Shown in pieces: positions 41,301-53,601 of a stretch of 64,000 nt of DNA (position 1 is the stretch's first letter; each line of letters begins with the position of its first letter). The notes below the pieces were generated by a model. The model searched no databases. It was given only the letters and a program-made list of their open reading frames with translations, and was not told the DNA's origin. Origin of the DNA: Octopus sinensis. Taxonomy: Eukaryota. A program made the translations under genes and the position numbers. The DNA is taken from NCBI RefSeq assembly GCF_006345805.1, contig NC_042998.1, positions 150,784,001-150,848,000 on the forward strand, read 5' to 3'.

Positions 41301-42702
41301 TTGTTGTTAGTGGTGGTGGATGTGGCGGTAATAGCAGTACAAGTAGTAGCCTTGTTGTAGTGATAATACAAGTTGCTGTTGTTGTTATTGTTGCATAAAT
41401 AGAAGTTGTTGCCGCTGTTTCTGTTCTTGTTGGTGTTGTTGTTGTTGCGGTAGTTGTTATTCCTGTGGTTGACACACTTGACGGAATTAGTGGTGATGCT
41501 GTTGTTGTTGTTGTTGTTATTATTATTATTGCTGTTGTTGTTGGTGGTGGTGGTTGTGGTTGTAGTAGCGACGGCGGTGCTAACCTTGTTAATGTTATTG
41601 TTGTCGCGGCAGTAGTAATGGTTGTTGCAGTTCTTATTATAAGTCGTATTGGTGGTGGTTGTGGTGGTGATGGTGGTGGCAGCCGGGGCTATTGTTTTGC
41701 TGACAATAGCCGCCGCGGCAGCAGTGGTGGTAGTGACCGGTCCCTTCAAATAATTGTTCCCCACCCCAACTGTTGACGGTGACGGCGGTCGCCTAGCATG
41801 GTTTGTGCATTTGTCGGGTGAACAACTGCGGGTAACCTCCAATCCAGATGACAGTAAGCTGCTGCTGACGTTGCTGACGTTGTTGTTGTTATTCTTGGTA
41901 GTGGTAGTGGTGGCAGCGGAGGCGGGAGTAGCGGTGGTGGTGGTGTGGTGCTGATGATGGTGAACGTGGTGGTGATGAAGGTCGTGTTGCTGCCGATGGT
42001 GGCGCTTGTGGTGATACTGGGGAGTTTGCAGGAGTAAACGATTGTTGCTGTTGTTGTGATGATGATGGAAGTGGTACGGGGTGTCGGGGGTTGGGGTGGT
42101 GATGACAGTATTGGTGGCGATGGTATTATTGTTGTTGGTGTTGGTTGTTGCAGTGATAGCGATGTTAGTGGTGACGCCACAGTCACCACTGTTATTGTTT
42201 TTGTTGTTGATGTGAGGTTGATGTTGAAACTGAATCTGTTGAGGGTAATGATGGTGATGGTGATGGCTAGAGCGGTTGTTAATATTACCGATGTTGTTGT
42301 TGTTACTGAAAGTAGTTGAGGTGGTGCCGGTGGTGGTGGTGAGCGTGGACGAGCTTTCGAAACTAGCTGTGATCTTTAACCCTCTGCCAACGAGCTGCAG
42401 CGATTCTTGCTGTTGTTGTTGTTGCTGCTGCTGCTGCTGAAGATAGTGATGGTGTAATTGCTGTTGTTTTTGTTGTTTTTGATAAGGGTTGTTCGGGTAG
42501 CGAAGATACGGGTGCGGGTAATTACGGTGATGCAGGTATTGCTGGTGGTGATGGTGGGGATTCACACTTTTATATGTTGTTGCTCTTACTTGTTGTTGTT
42601 GTTGTTTCTGTATTTTGTCACAAGAGTTTTGGTAACTGTTGTTGTGGTTGTTGCTGTTAGTGGCGGTGGCGGTGGTGGTGGTGGTGGTGGTGGTGGTGGC
42701 GC
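38330..42702 (-). CDS. SAMD11: SAMD11/SAMD7-like repressor, exon 1 3' segment: long low-complexity region ending in the SAND domain
   Basis: The ORF 38255-42565 frame is open from about 42715. Its end reads VILEVECGQNKALMYLSKLCQGSKGPCIYFQGSWLTPNEFQYVSGRESAKDWKRSIRHHGKSMKLLLSKGILTVHSAVCDCDGCRISSPV. This is a SAND domain (KDWK at 38441-38452) that closely matches my recollection of vertebrate SAMD11 (...SKGILQVHPPICDCPGCRISSPVNRGRLADKR). Donor GTG|GTAAGT at 38330/38329, phase 0. The SAND part is secure; the N-terminal extent is less so. Confidence 0.9.
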
Positions 42703-44114
42703 GGCGACAGAACTGTTACTGGTGTTGTCAACAGTGATGTTGTAGTAGCTGTTGTTTGTGATGATGATGCTACTGTTGCTGGTGGCGCTGGTGTTTGTAT
42801 TGTCAATATTGTTGTTGTTAGTGGTGGTGGTGGTGTAATATTGTTTGTTTTCGTGGGTAGACGACGTTAAAGTGTTATCAGTGTGTCGGGTAGAGGGGCT
42901 GGGCGTTGGGGTTGAGGTAGAGGCGAGGTTGTCACCGTCGCCAATAGCGACGACAGACGTTCTGGTATGAGAGATTTTACTATTAGCACTATCAGTAGTA
43001 TTAGTAGTAATATTAGTAGTAGCAGTGGTGGTAACAGGAGGGAGGGCGTCGGTGGCGGTGGTAGTGGTAGTAGGGTGGACAATAGAAACTTTAGTGCGAC
43101 CGCTGTCGCCTTCTTCAGTGGTGGACACAGACGGAGCGACGACGACTGTGGCAGTGGTGTCGATAGTGGTGGTGGTAGTGGTGGTGTCGACGGTGGCAAT
43201 GACCGCTGTCCTGGCTGCTACTGCTGCACTCCAATCCCTTGTGGTGGCTCTGTTGGTGGTGGCGGTGTGTTGTACTGCCGTAGATGATGATGATGATACA
43301 GATGACAATACAGTTGTTGCTGGTGTTTTCCTAGTTTTTCTTGTACTTCTTGTTATTGTTGCTGTTGTTGCTGTTGACGATGTTGACGCTGTGACTGCAG
43401 GAGATGCGGCAGGTATGAAAGCCTCTTCTTCTCCTGTTGATGCTGAAGTTGCAGGAGCAGTAGTGGTAGCGGCAGCAGTAGTAGTTGTAGAAGTAGTATT
43501 AGTAGTAGTTAATAAAGAAGATATACAGGAATCAGCGGCGGTGGTGGTGGCGGTGTGTGGATCAGCAATGGTGGCGACGGTGGGGACATGGACAGGGGTG
43601 ACATCGGTAGCGGGTGGGGTGGAGAACAGACCGCCTGGAGAGTGACGACTGGAGGTCAAAGGTGAGACAACGGTAGTGACAGTAAAGCAATGGTGGTGGC
43701 CATATTCGGATAGGCTGACAGTTGATAGGGATGATGATGGAGGCGGTGACGGCTGTGTTGGTGCTGGTGTTGATGGCTGTGGCGATAATATTGATGCGTT
43801 TGTTGTTGACGATGATGCTGGTTGTGGTAGTGGTGATGAAGATGGTGAAGTTTGCCGTTGGTCATCCTCCCCACCATCACCGCAGACCACCCCACTCTCA
43901 CCACCGACCGGTGTCGAAGTTGGTGGGGGTGGTGGGGGTGACGGTGTTAAATACTGTTTGTTCAACAACCTGTTGCTGGTGCCGTTGGTATTGTTGTTGT
44001 TTGTTTTCCTCTTCTTTTTAATGTTGTGCGTATTTTTTTTTATTTTCTTGTTTTTGTGTTTGTTATTGTTGATATTGTACTCACTATTATTGCTGTTGCA
44101 GTTGTTGTTGTTGT
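42703..44114 (-). CDS. SAMD11: SAMD11-like exon 1 middle segment (T/S/P/N-rich), bounded by two apparent 1-bp frameshifts
   Basis: The frame of ORF 42586-43968 is open from about 44120 and includes a basic stretch (NKHKNKKIKKNTHNIKKKRK). Adding one base at about 44114 (aac-ac-aac) and one at about 42701 (gcc-gc-gcc) joins it to both neighbouring frames. Confidence 0.5.
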
Positions 44115-44410
44115 GTTGCGGCTACTCCGCGTTCTCGTAGTTATATTCATAGCAGTAATAGTAGTAGGAGTAACAGTATTACAACTGTTGTTGTTTTTGT
44201 TGTTGTTCTTGCGGCTTCTTGTAGTAGTAGTGGTGGTAGTAGAAGTGTCAGTAGCAGTAGTTGCTGTTGTTGTAGTTACAGTGTGGTTGTTGTTGTTGAT
44301 CATAATATCCGTCATTGAGTTATTGTTGTTGTTCGCCGTAGTGTTCTTATTGTTGTTTGATGTTGTCGTGATGCTAGTGGCGGCGGTGGTAGTGGTGGTG
44401 ATGGTGGCTG

Positions 44411-44441
<31 letters not shown>

Positions 44442-44498
44442 GGCGATGTTGCTGTTGTGCCGTTTACACGCGCTGTTGTTGTGAAGCTTTCTTCCCAT
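44115..44498 (-). CDS. SAMD11: SAMD11-like exon 1 5' segment with putative start codon (MGRKLHNNSACKRH...)
   Basis: ATG at 44498 in strong context (GCAACAATGG), in frame with ORF 44040-44942. It is continuous with the downstream segments only after repair of the frameshifts. Confidence 0.45.
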
Positions 44499-46537
44499 TG
44501 TTGCAAACGAATGAATAACGACGACGACGACGATGACGATAACAGCGACGATATGACGACGACGACGGCGGCGGCAGCGGCGGTGGCGGTGGTGGTGGTG
44601 GTGGTGGCGGCGCCGGCGGCGGCTGCAACAACGGCGACGATGACGAGGGTAGCGATGAGACGGCAATGAAAGCGCTGCAGCTGATGGTGATGATGATGAT
44701 TGTGTATATAAGGAAGCTGGTGGTGTTGCTACTGCTGCTGATGACGATAATGACAACGACAAAGATGATGTTGATAATGATGATGCTAGTTGTATGTGTG
44801 GTGCGCCTGTTTGTGTGTCGGGCAAGGGTTGAAGAAGTCTGACGGTGGGGGGAAGCAATCTTCCTCCTCTTCTCCCTCCCCCCTTATATCTCTCCCAACC
44901 ACAATATTTCACTGGAAAAAACCCTACACACCAACCGACCACTGACGTTGTGTCGACATCATCTGATAGAGAAACTCCACAATCTAACTTTCTCTCTCTC
45001 TCTTTATTCCTTTAACTCTCTGTCTCTTCTTTTGCCTCTTTTCACTTTCGCGCGCTCTCTCCTTCTATCCATCACTCTATCGCCCTTCTTTTCTCTCTAT
45101 ACAGCTCTCTTCTGTTTCCAACTTTTCTCTCTCTCTCTCACTAATTCAGTCATTCATTCCTCACACTAAATCACACACACACACACGCACACACACACGC
45201 ACACACACATTCATACACACATTCATACATACAGATTCACTCGCGTTTTCTCTACCTTATTTTGCTGTTCATTCGATTTATCCCACCATCACCACCATCA
45301 CCACCACCGCCATTAAAACTTTCTCTCTTTCTTTCGTCCAAACATCTCTTTTCCTTCTTTCCCTCTACAGGTTCTTTCTTACTCTCTTTCTTTCTTTCTT
45401 ACTGTCTCTCTCCGTCAGTTTCCCCCCCTTTCTTTGTCTCTTCTTTCTATTCATTTAGTTTTCTCCCTCTCCCCACCTCCCTTTTTATATGCCTTTCATT
45501 TACCTGTCTGTCAATCTGTCCGTCTTAAAGTTTACCGCTGTCACCACCACCACCGTCGCCGCCGCCGCCGCCGCCGTTATCAGATAAACAACAACAGCCG
45601 CCACCACCCACTTTCTCCACTGTCGTAGCAAAGTGTCATCGCCTCCATTTTAACCACCGAATTATCGTTCTCACTACTGATTTGTAATGATGATGGTGGT
45701 GGTGGTGGTCACCGTCGCCATCACCATCAACCTTATCATCATCATCACCACCACCACTTACTGCCTTTTACCACCCTTGCTGCCACCGTCACCACCCCTA
45801 CCTCCGCCATTGCTGCCGTCGCTGCCATCGCCGCCAACTCCGCCATTCTGCCACTGCCGTAACCCGTAACCCCAACTCTTCCCTGCCGCTCCCACAAAAC
45901 TCGCTCTTACCAATAAACATCGTAAACACCGCAGCCATCCTCGTCGTCGTCGCCGTCATCGCATCGCTATCATTATTTCCTCTCCCGCCGCCACCTTCAG
46001 CATAAGCATCGTATCATAAACATGGCCACCCTTACTGACACCCCACCACCGCTACCCGTGTCTTTATCACCCACCATCTTGGTAAATATCGTTCTGGCTC
46101 TCTCTCTGCGTCGCCACCACTAGCATTAGTAACAGCTTATCGCAATCACCGTCGCCACCACCACCACCATCACCACCAATAACACTTCCTCAACATCCCC
46201 ATCTCCACAGCAAACAGAGCCACCATCTCTACCATAGTAATAACATTAAAAAAATTATATAAAAAACAACACAGCTCCGTGCCGCCGCTACCATCATCAT
46301 GCATTATAACCACCACCGTCGCCACTACCACTACTACCTTCATCACGTCTCCACCATCGTCTTAGCACAACAAACACCACCGCTGCTACTACCATCACAC
46401 CTATTACGTCTACAACCATATTTCGGTAAACATACATTCACACACACACATTCAGGGACACACATATGCAGACACTAACACATATACGCACACAATTATA
46501 TATATATATATATAATATATATATTATATATATATAT

Positions 46538-46589
<52 letters not shown>

Positions 46590-47295
46590 TATGTATATAT
46601 ATTCACAGTCGCCTATACACAGTCATATACGAAAAGATACACAGACACGCACACACGCCTATATGGACACGTACAGACGGATATACATACATAGGTACAC
46701 ATAGTCGTATTCATACACATTGCAGAGAAACATCACCGCCGCCATCCCCACTAGAATTCTCTCCCTTCGGCACCATCGCCACCGCCGCCATATACATCAC
46801 TTCCTTTCCCTTATACTTCTTTTTTTCCTTCTTTCCATCATTATTATATTTTTTTATTTTCTTTCTCGTTTATATATTTATATTTTTATTTTATTTATTT
46901 ATCTATTTATTTATTTATTTTTCCTCCATCAGTTCGTTTCTTCTCCATCAACACCACTGCCACCAGTAACACATCACACACCGCCGCCACTCTCCGCCGT
47001 TACCTCCACAACCGCCACCACCACCGACGCATTAGTCGTCTCCGTCAATAGTTAAACCCCTCACATCGTCATGCTCACCACACACACATATAACGCCCCC
47101 ATAACTCCCCTTCCATACCGCTCACTCCATCACCGTTTCTCCCCTACCCCTGCCCGCCTTTCTCCCTATCACCTTCTCTCACCTTCCAACCTCCCCTTCT
47201 CTCCTACTTACCGCCCTTCTGCTGCATATATATATATATATATACATATGTATATAAACATATACATATATATATATGTACGTGTACAAATTTCC

Positions 47296-47336
<41 letters not shown>

Positions 47337-47586
47337 CATAATACACACATATGATATAGATAGATCACGTACACACACTTACATACATATACATAGACAT
47401 ATATAAAAACATATACAAATACAAAATTTTATGTTCACAACACAGATATGTGTATATGTATACATATATAATTATCCATACACACACACATACATACATA
47501 CATACATACATATATTTCTCTCTCTTTCCCTGTATATAAATATGCATATCATATATATATATATATATTTGTATCTATATGTATAT

Positions 47587-47622
<36 letters not shown>

Positions 47623-48142
47623 CCATATATGTCTTCTATACACGTGAACACATATTTTTTTCCTTTCTGCCGTTCTCCTCTCTCTCCCCGTCTTTCCTTA
47701 CTTCACCACGGCTCCTCCTCCTCTTGTCCGCCATCTTTCCTCCTTATCCTGCCTGCCGCCATTATCCTCCGCCACCCACCCCGTCCCTCCACCGCACTGC
47801 ATCTTCCTCCACCCTGTCCCTCACTCTTCCTCTTCGCTTACCTACGCTCCATCGACCACAACGCGTACGTGCTCACACGCATACGCACATACACATACAC
47901 CATACGCGTACAAATACATAATTACCAACGTATATAGACGGACATATGCATATACGCTTATGTGTATGTATGCATATTATGTTTATATATGTATATATAT
48001 ACGCACACACACATATATTTATATAAACGTATATGTGTATATATTATGTGAATATGTCAGTGTTATGAATGTGTATGAGTGTGTACATATATTTATATAC
48101 GCTAATCGATGCACACATACCCAAATACATGTACTTATACAT

Positions 48143-48209
<67 letters not shown>

Positions 48210-48385
48210 CATACAAACACACACAGATGTGTATATGTAAAACTATATATAAAGCTATATACTTTCACACATGTTCCTACACATCAACGCGTGTGTGTGT
48301 GTGCTTATAAACGTATCTGCACGTATCTGTTTGCAATACACATACACTCATATACGCATAAGTACGCACGCGTGCAGAGAAAAAA

Positions 48386-48485
48386 NNNNNNNNNNNNNNN
48401 NNNNNNNNNNNNNNNNNNNNNNNNNNNNNNNNNNNNNNNNNNNNNNNNNNNNNNNNNNNNNNNNNNNNNNNNNNNNNNNNNNNNN
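48386..48485. other. Assembly gap (100 N)
   Basis: Exactly 100 consecutive N, typical of a placeholder gap of unknown size. Confidence 0.99.
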
Positions 48486-49244
48486 CGACCTATACATCAC
48501 TAGTCGCAAGAAGGGTTGCAGAGTGACAGTGTGGGATGGATGAAGCGTCAAAATGTGACTGGAAAAGTAAGTTAAAAGTCATAGAGAGACACCGGAGTGG
48601 CGGGGAGAGGTCCAGAAATTTTAGCTCTGGGCAGTCTTGGACCAACTAGCTCTATACATATCTGTGCGTGTGTGTGTGTGTGTATAAACAGTGAAACATA
48701 TACATATGCAAACACACATATGCTATTATACATAGGACTCTCATGTATACATACGTACTTATACATACATACAGTAAGTTTGAAGCTCCTGATAGGACGA
48801 TATTCTACGAATAGAAACATTTTTTAATAAAGATTTCAATTTTTTTTTTCATTCCCCTTCTTCTCTGCAAAACCGATTGTAACATTTTCATTTTCTTAGA
48901 ATATTTTTCATATAATTCTGCTTGAAACAAAGGAGATTATGATTCTTTAAAAAAAATAAACGCAAAAAAGAAATTTAGGTCTTTAAGGTCAGGAGTTATA
49001 AATTAGTAATTTAGAGTTAGATTGAGTTTTAGAATTTAGGGTTAGACTTTAGAGTTAGGATTCAGGTATTGAGTCAAGCAGAAAAATGCGAATCAAAACA
49101 TTTGGCAGTTAAAATATGTCAAACATATTTTAACTAACCTAAAGTTTGCTTATGCCTAAATACTGCTTGGCGTTGATACTGTTGTACCACATAACCAACA
49201 TACAATACATACATATATACATACATACATATATACAGTCATAC

Positions 49245-49290
<46 letters not shown>

Positions 49291-49389
49291 GGAGTAAACA
49301 CATCAATGTGAAACAAGGTGGAAAAAAAGTACTCAAATACCAGTGTAGAGTAATATGCTTTATTTAAAGCAGCAGAAAATTCAACAAAA

Positions 49390-49427
49390 TCTGTTACTCT
49401 GAGTTTCTCGTTGCTGTTCATCAGACA
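49390..49427 (-). ncRNA. Minimal type I hammerhead ribozyme motif (IR1 left arm)
   Basis: The reverse complement reads tgt-CTGATGA-acagcaacga-GAAAC-tcaga-GTA-acag, with one extra stem II substitution relative to the right copy. Confidence 0.65.
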
Positions 49428-49431
49428 AAAA

Positions 49432-49469
49432 CTGTCTGATGAACGGCAACGAGAAACTCAGAGTAACAG
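49432..49469 (+). ncRNA. Minimal type I hammerhead ribozyme motif (IR1 right arm)
   Basis: ctgt-CTGATGA-a-cg-gcaa-cg-a-GAAAC-tcaga-GTA-acag. Stem I is ctgt/acag, stem II has a GNRA loop, and stem III is near-palindromic ACTCAGAGT. Predicted cut after 49465. The base of stem II is A.A, which is non-canonical. Confidence 0.75.
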
Positions 49470-49582
49470 ATTTTGTTGAATTTTCTGGTGCTTTAAATAA
49501 AGTATATATATATATAATATATATATATATAGTATATATAATATATATATAATATATATATAATATATATATATATAATATA

Positions 49583-49618
<36 letters not shown>

Positions 49619-49629
49619 TATATATATAT

Positions 49630-49675
<46 letters not shown>

Positions 49676-49770
49676 TATTATACATATATATATATATATA
49701 TATCCTTTGGCAGATTCCGTAGTCTGTTGTTTAAAACAGAGATCCGAAATTTGTAAAATACAAGCATAAT

Positions 49771-50189
49771 ACTCTTTGCTCTTAACTCTTTTACTTGTTT
49801 AGTCATTTGACTGTGGCCATGCTGGAGCACCGCCTTTAGTGGACCAAATCGACCCCAGGACTTGTTCTTTGTAACCCTAGTACTTATTCTTCTGTTTTGT
49901 CTAACCGCTAAGTTACGGGGACGTAAATACAAGCACTGGTTATCAAGCGATGTTGGGGGGACAAACACAGACACAGAAACACACACACACACACACACAC
50001 ACCACACACATATCTATATACATATATACGACGGGCTTCTTTCAGTTTCCGTCTACCAAATCCACTCACAAGACTTTGGTCGGCCCGAGGCTATAGCAGA
50101 AGACACTTGCCAAGGTGCCACGCAGTGGGACTGAACCCGGAACCATGTGGTTGGTAAGCGAACTACTTACCACACAGTCACTCCAACGC
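49771..50189 (-). mobile_element. tRNA-derived CORE-type SINE, near full length
   Basis: Reverse-complement copy of the 62742-63195 family. Confidence 0.8.
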
Positions 50190-50197
50190 ATAATAAA

Positions 50198-50303
<106 letters not shown>

Positions 50304-50893
50304 ATGATAATAAATAATGATATTATTGTGAGTGACTCAATATTCTGCCTCTTGTTTGTCCAGAAGCTTTATTATAATTTTAGTAAGCAACATTGTGACA
50401 GTAACGACACGCCCACGTGTAATCAGCTCAGGCAACGCCGGGTATTTCGTGTAGAACGTGTATATACATATATTTTGTTTTGCATTTGATTTACAAGATT
50501 TTTGCAGTGAAAAATAGATGCATAGGTCTGTGAATGTATGTATGTATGTATGTATGTATGTATGTATGTATGCTTGTTTGCACCTTTGCATGTGTAAGTC
50601 TGCAAATATAGATTCGTTCATAAATGCGTTTGTATGTATGTCTGAATAGGTGTCTGTATGAACGTGTATATATGTTTTAATGTATTTATATATGTATAAT
50701 TAGTTATGTATACGTTTGTATACATGTGCGTGTGTACGTGTATATATATATATATATAAATCATATATATTTTATATATATATATATGCATACACACGCA
50801 CATATACAGATAGACAGTTAGGTAAATAGTTATAACATTCAGTTATACTCATAAATTTATATTCATAGATACAGACGCGCATATATATGTATG

Positions 50894-50927
<34 letters not shown>

Positions 50928-51521
50928 ATATATTATATATATATATATAGTATATATATATATATATATCTATATAATATACATACTCAATCATATACAC
51001 GCACACACCTCTGTATGTACGTGTGTGTGTGTGTGGTGTGTAAAGAGGCGGTCTGTCTGTAAACGGTGTTGTGTTGCCGGCTGGTGGGAAGATAAGGCCT
51101 GACTGGCAGGTGGAGTAGTGTTAAGGGTTGGACGGGTGGATTGAGATAGAGGCGTAGGGTATGGCCGGGGGAGGGGATGACGAGGCTATTGGTACTTGGC
51201 AACACATGCTGTGGTCTGGCGGCGCTAGCGATGGAGCCGTCTCTGGTGACGACGTCACTGTAATAATACGTCTGCTGGGGGTATGAAGGGAGAGAAGGTG
51301 ACAGTGTGTGTGTGTGTATATATGTGTGTGTGTGTGTAGATGTTGGCATATATCTCTTTAGCGATGCATACTCATATATGTGAATATGTCTCCAGTTATA
51401 TTTCTATATATGGGTATGTGTACGTGGAAGAGAGTTTGTGTGAGAGTTCCTGTGTTGTGTGTGTGTGTGTTGTGTGTGTGCGCGCGTGTGTGTGTAGATG
51501 TGAGTATGTATTTAAATATAT

Positions 51522-51570
<49 letters not shown>

Positions 51571-51589
51571 GTGTATATATATATGTGTG

Positions 51590-51672
<83 letters not shown>

Positions 51673-52053
51673 CAAATTGAGATAGGGGTTGTAAGTGCAA
51701 CCCTCCATGGGATAACAATATCCCTATACTGTTAGTGAAGCACCCAACAAAGTTAATACATAAATGTTAAGAACTGCGATACAATTAATTCATTTACTGT
51801 ATTATATGAGCAAAGGTAAAATGTTTTACCGCAAATTAATAATACAAAATAAGAAAATGGAGAAACATATCTTAATCAATGATCAGCTACCAGATAATAC
51901 CCAATCACATAATTTATTAAACCACTACATATGAACATTAAGGTCAAACATAATAATATAGAACAAAACAATGTACATGAAAGAGTAATATGATACAATA
52001 AGTACGGTATGTATAAGTGAATATAAATAAATGCAAATATAAATATAAACTAC

Positions 52054-52180
52054 ATCTTACAGCTGTTTCGGCCATGCAGATATGGGTGTCTCTTTGTGCT
52101 CATATTAACCATGTGTGGTAGGTCAATATGTAGTTGTAAATGAGACACTTACAAAAATATCCCAAGGCCTCTTCAGAGAT
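52054..52180 (-). ncRNA. Type I hammerhead ribozyme with 92-nt helix II extension (IR2 left copy)
   Basis: The reverse complement reads atct-CTGAAGA-GGCC-[92 nt]-GGCC-GAAAC-agct-GTA-agat. Within the core it differs from the right copy only at variable position N7. Confidence 0.85.
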
Positions 52181-52466
52181 TCATATTCATATTCAAATGA
52201 CTTTGTATATCTGCATTTGCATATGAATATGTGTATGTTTTCTATATTGTAATATCATAATATTATGTTGACCAACTGTAACATTGAATATAGAACATAT
52301 GTATATATATTGGTTTATATTATTATGTATATGTATATATATATGTATAGGGGTATGGGTATATGCACTCTTATGTATGTGTATATTATATATTATGGGT
52401 ATGTACCCACTCTTGTATGGGTGTACCTCCTCTGATATTCATATTTAATTTAGTTTGTATTTCATA

Positions 52467-52593
52467 ATCTCTGATGAGGCCTTGGGAAATTTTTGTAAGT
52501 GTCTCATTTACAACTACATATTGACCTATCACACATGGCTAATATGAACATAATGAGACACCCATGTCTGCATGGCCGAAACAGCTGTAAGAT
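52467..52593 (+). ncRNA. Type I hammerhead ribozyme with 92-nt structured extension of helix II
   Basis: atct-CTGATGA-GGCC-[92 nt]-GGCC-GAAAC-agct-GTA-agat. The core is intact, with G10.1-C11.1, palindromic stem III ACAGCTGT and stem I atct/agat. Predicted cut after 52589. Confidence 0.85.
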
Positions 52594-52799
52594 GTAGTTT
52601 ATATTTATATTGGTATTTATTTATATTCACTTATACATACTTTACTTATTGTATCATATTACTCTTTCATGTACATTGTTTTGTTCTATATTATTATGTT
52701 TGACCTTAATGTTCATATATAGTGGTTTAATAAATTATGTGATTGGGTATTATCTGGTTTGATCATTGATTAAGATATGTTTCTCCATTTTCCTTATTT

Positions 52800-52878
<79 letters not shown>

Positions 52879-53260
52879 ATATGTATATATATATATATAT
52901 ATATATACATATATATCGCATACACAGACATATATATGCATATATATACATATATATATATATAAATATATATAAATATATAAATATATATATATATACA
53001 CATATATATGTGTGTGTATATATATATATATACTCACACACACACACACACACACACACACCACACACACACACACACACACATATATATTATATATTAT
53101 ATGTGTGTATATATATATATATATATAATATTATATATATTATATATTCCGATGATATAGTACTCAAGTTGAGGCATCAGAATTTAGTACTGTATTATCC
53201 ATACAATTTCAAAATAAGGTGATTAAAATCAAAGTAAGCAGCAAGGATATCCAGAGGTAA

Positions 53261-53347
53261 TGCAGTTCGATCGTTTCATGCAACTCCATTTAATTTACCA
53301 ATGCAATCATTACATCAATTTAAAATTTAGAGCAATCATCTGCTGCA
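53261..53347 (-). ncRNA. Decayed type I hammerhead (IR3 left copy)
   Basis: The reverse complement reads tgcag-CAGATGA-ttgc...gcat-GAAAC-gatc-GAA-ctgca. Two core lesions, at positions that are intact in the right copy. Confidence 0.6.
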
Positions 53348-53514
53348 CAAGGACATAGAATTTAATTAAATTAGAACACATTGACACATTAGTATGATTA
53401 TACCTAAAATCTCCAAGAAGTTAAGAAGATAGACATAGAACATGTTGTCTCATTTTAGGTATAATTATACTAATGTGTCCATCTGTTCTAATTTAATTAT
53501 ATTCTATGTCTTTG

Positions 53515-53601
53515 TGCAGCTGAAGATTGCACTACATTTTAAATTGATGTAATGATTGCATTGTACAATTAAATGGAGTTGCATGAATCGATCGTACTGC
53601 A
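53515..53601 (+). ncRNA. Decayed type I hammerhead (IR3 right copy)
   Basis: tgcag-CTGAAGA-ttgc..[58-nt helix II]..gcat-GAATC-gatc-GTA-ctgca. One core lesion (GAAAC to GAATC). Confidence 0.65.

Larger units (their letters stand above)
49354..49506. mobile_element. Foldback (inverted) Penelope-like pLTR pair IR1
   Basis: Arms 49354-49427 and 49433-49506 are reverse complements with 1 mismatch and 2 G:T, around a 5-nt loop. The left arm continues as unique sequence to about 49290. (TA)n lies on both sides. Each arm carries a hammerhead motif. Confidence 0.8.
51842..52804. mobile_element. Inverted Penelope-like pLTR pair IR2 (about 340-bp arms, 284-bp spacer)
   Basis: 51842-52181 is the reverse complement of 52466-52804, about 95% identical by eye. 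The left arm continues to about 51671. (TA)n lies on both outer sides. Confidence 0.85.

Noticed and set aside
44040-44125. Programmed -1 ribosomal frameshifting to join the exon 1 ORFs
   Set aside because: No correctly phased X XXY YYZ slippery heptamer with a downstream structure was found in either overlap. A one-base loss inside a triplet repeat explains both junctions more simply.
38688-44484. Long plus-strand ORFs (for example 38688-40007, 40004-40591, 43025-43645)
   Set aside because: They are antisense shadows of triplet-repeat coding sequence (poly-V/G/L), with no domain, no splice support and no independent coding signal.
44499-44942. GTG-initiated N-terminal extension of ORF 44040-44942
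   Set aside because: The start is non-ATG, the product is repeat-derived, and the ATG at 44498 has a strong context. Treated as probable 5' UTR.
45140-45155. Plus-strand TCAGTC initiator-like motif suggesting a divergent promoter
   Set aside because: A single hexamer within CT/CA repeats is insufficient without transcript data.
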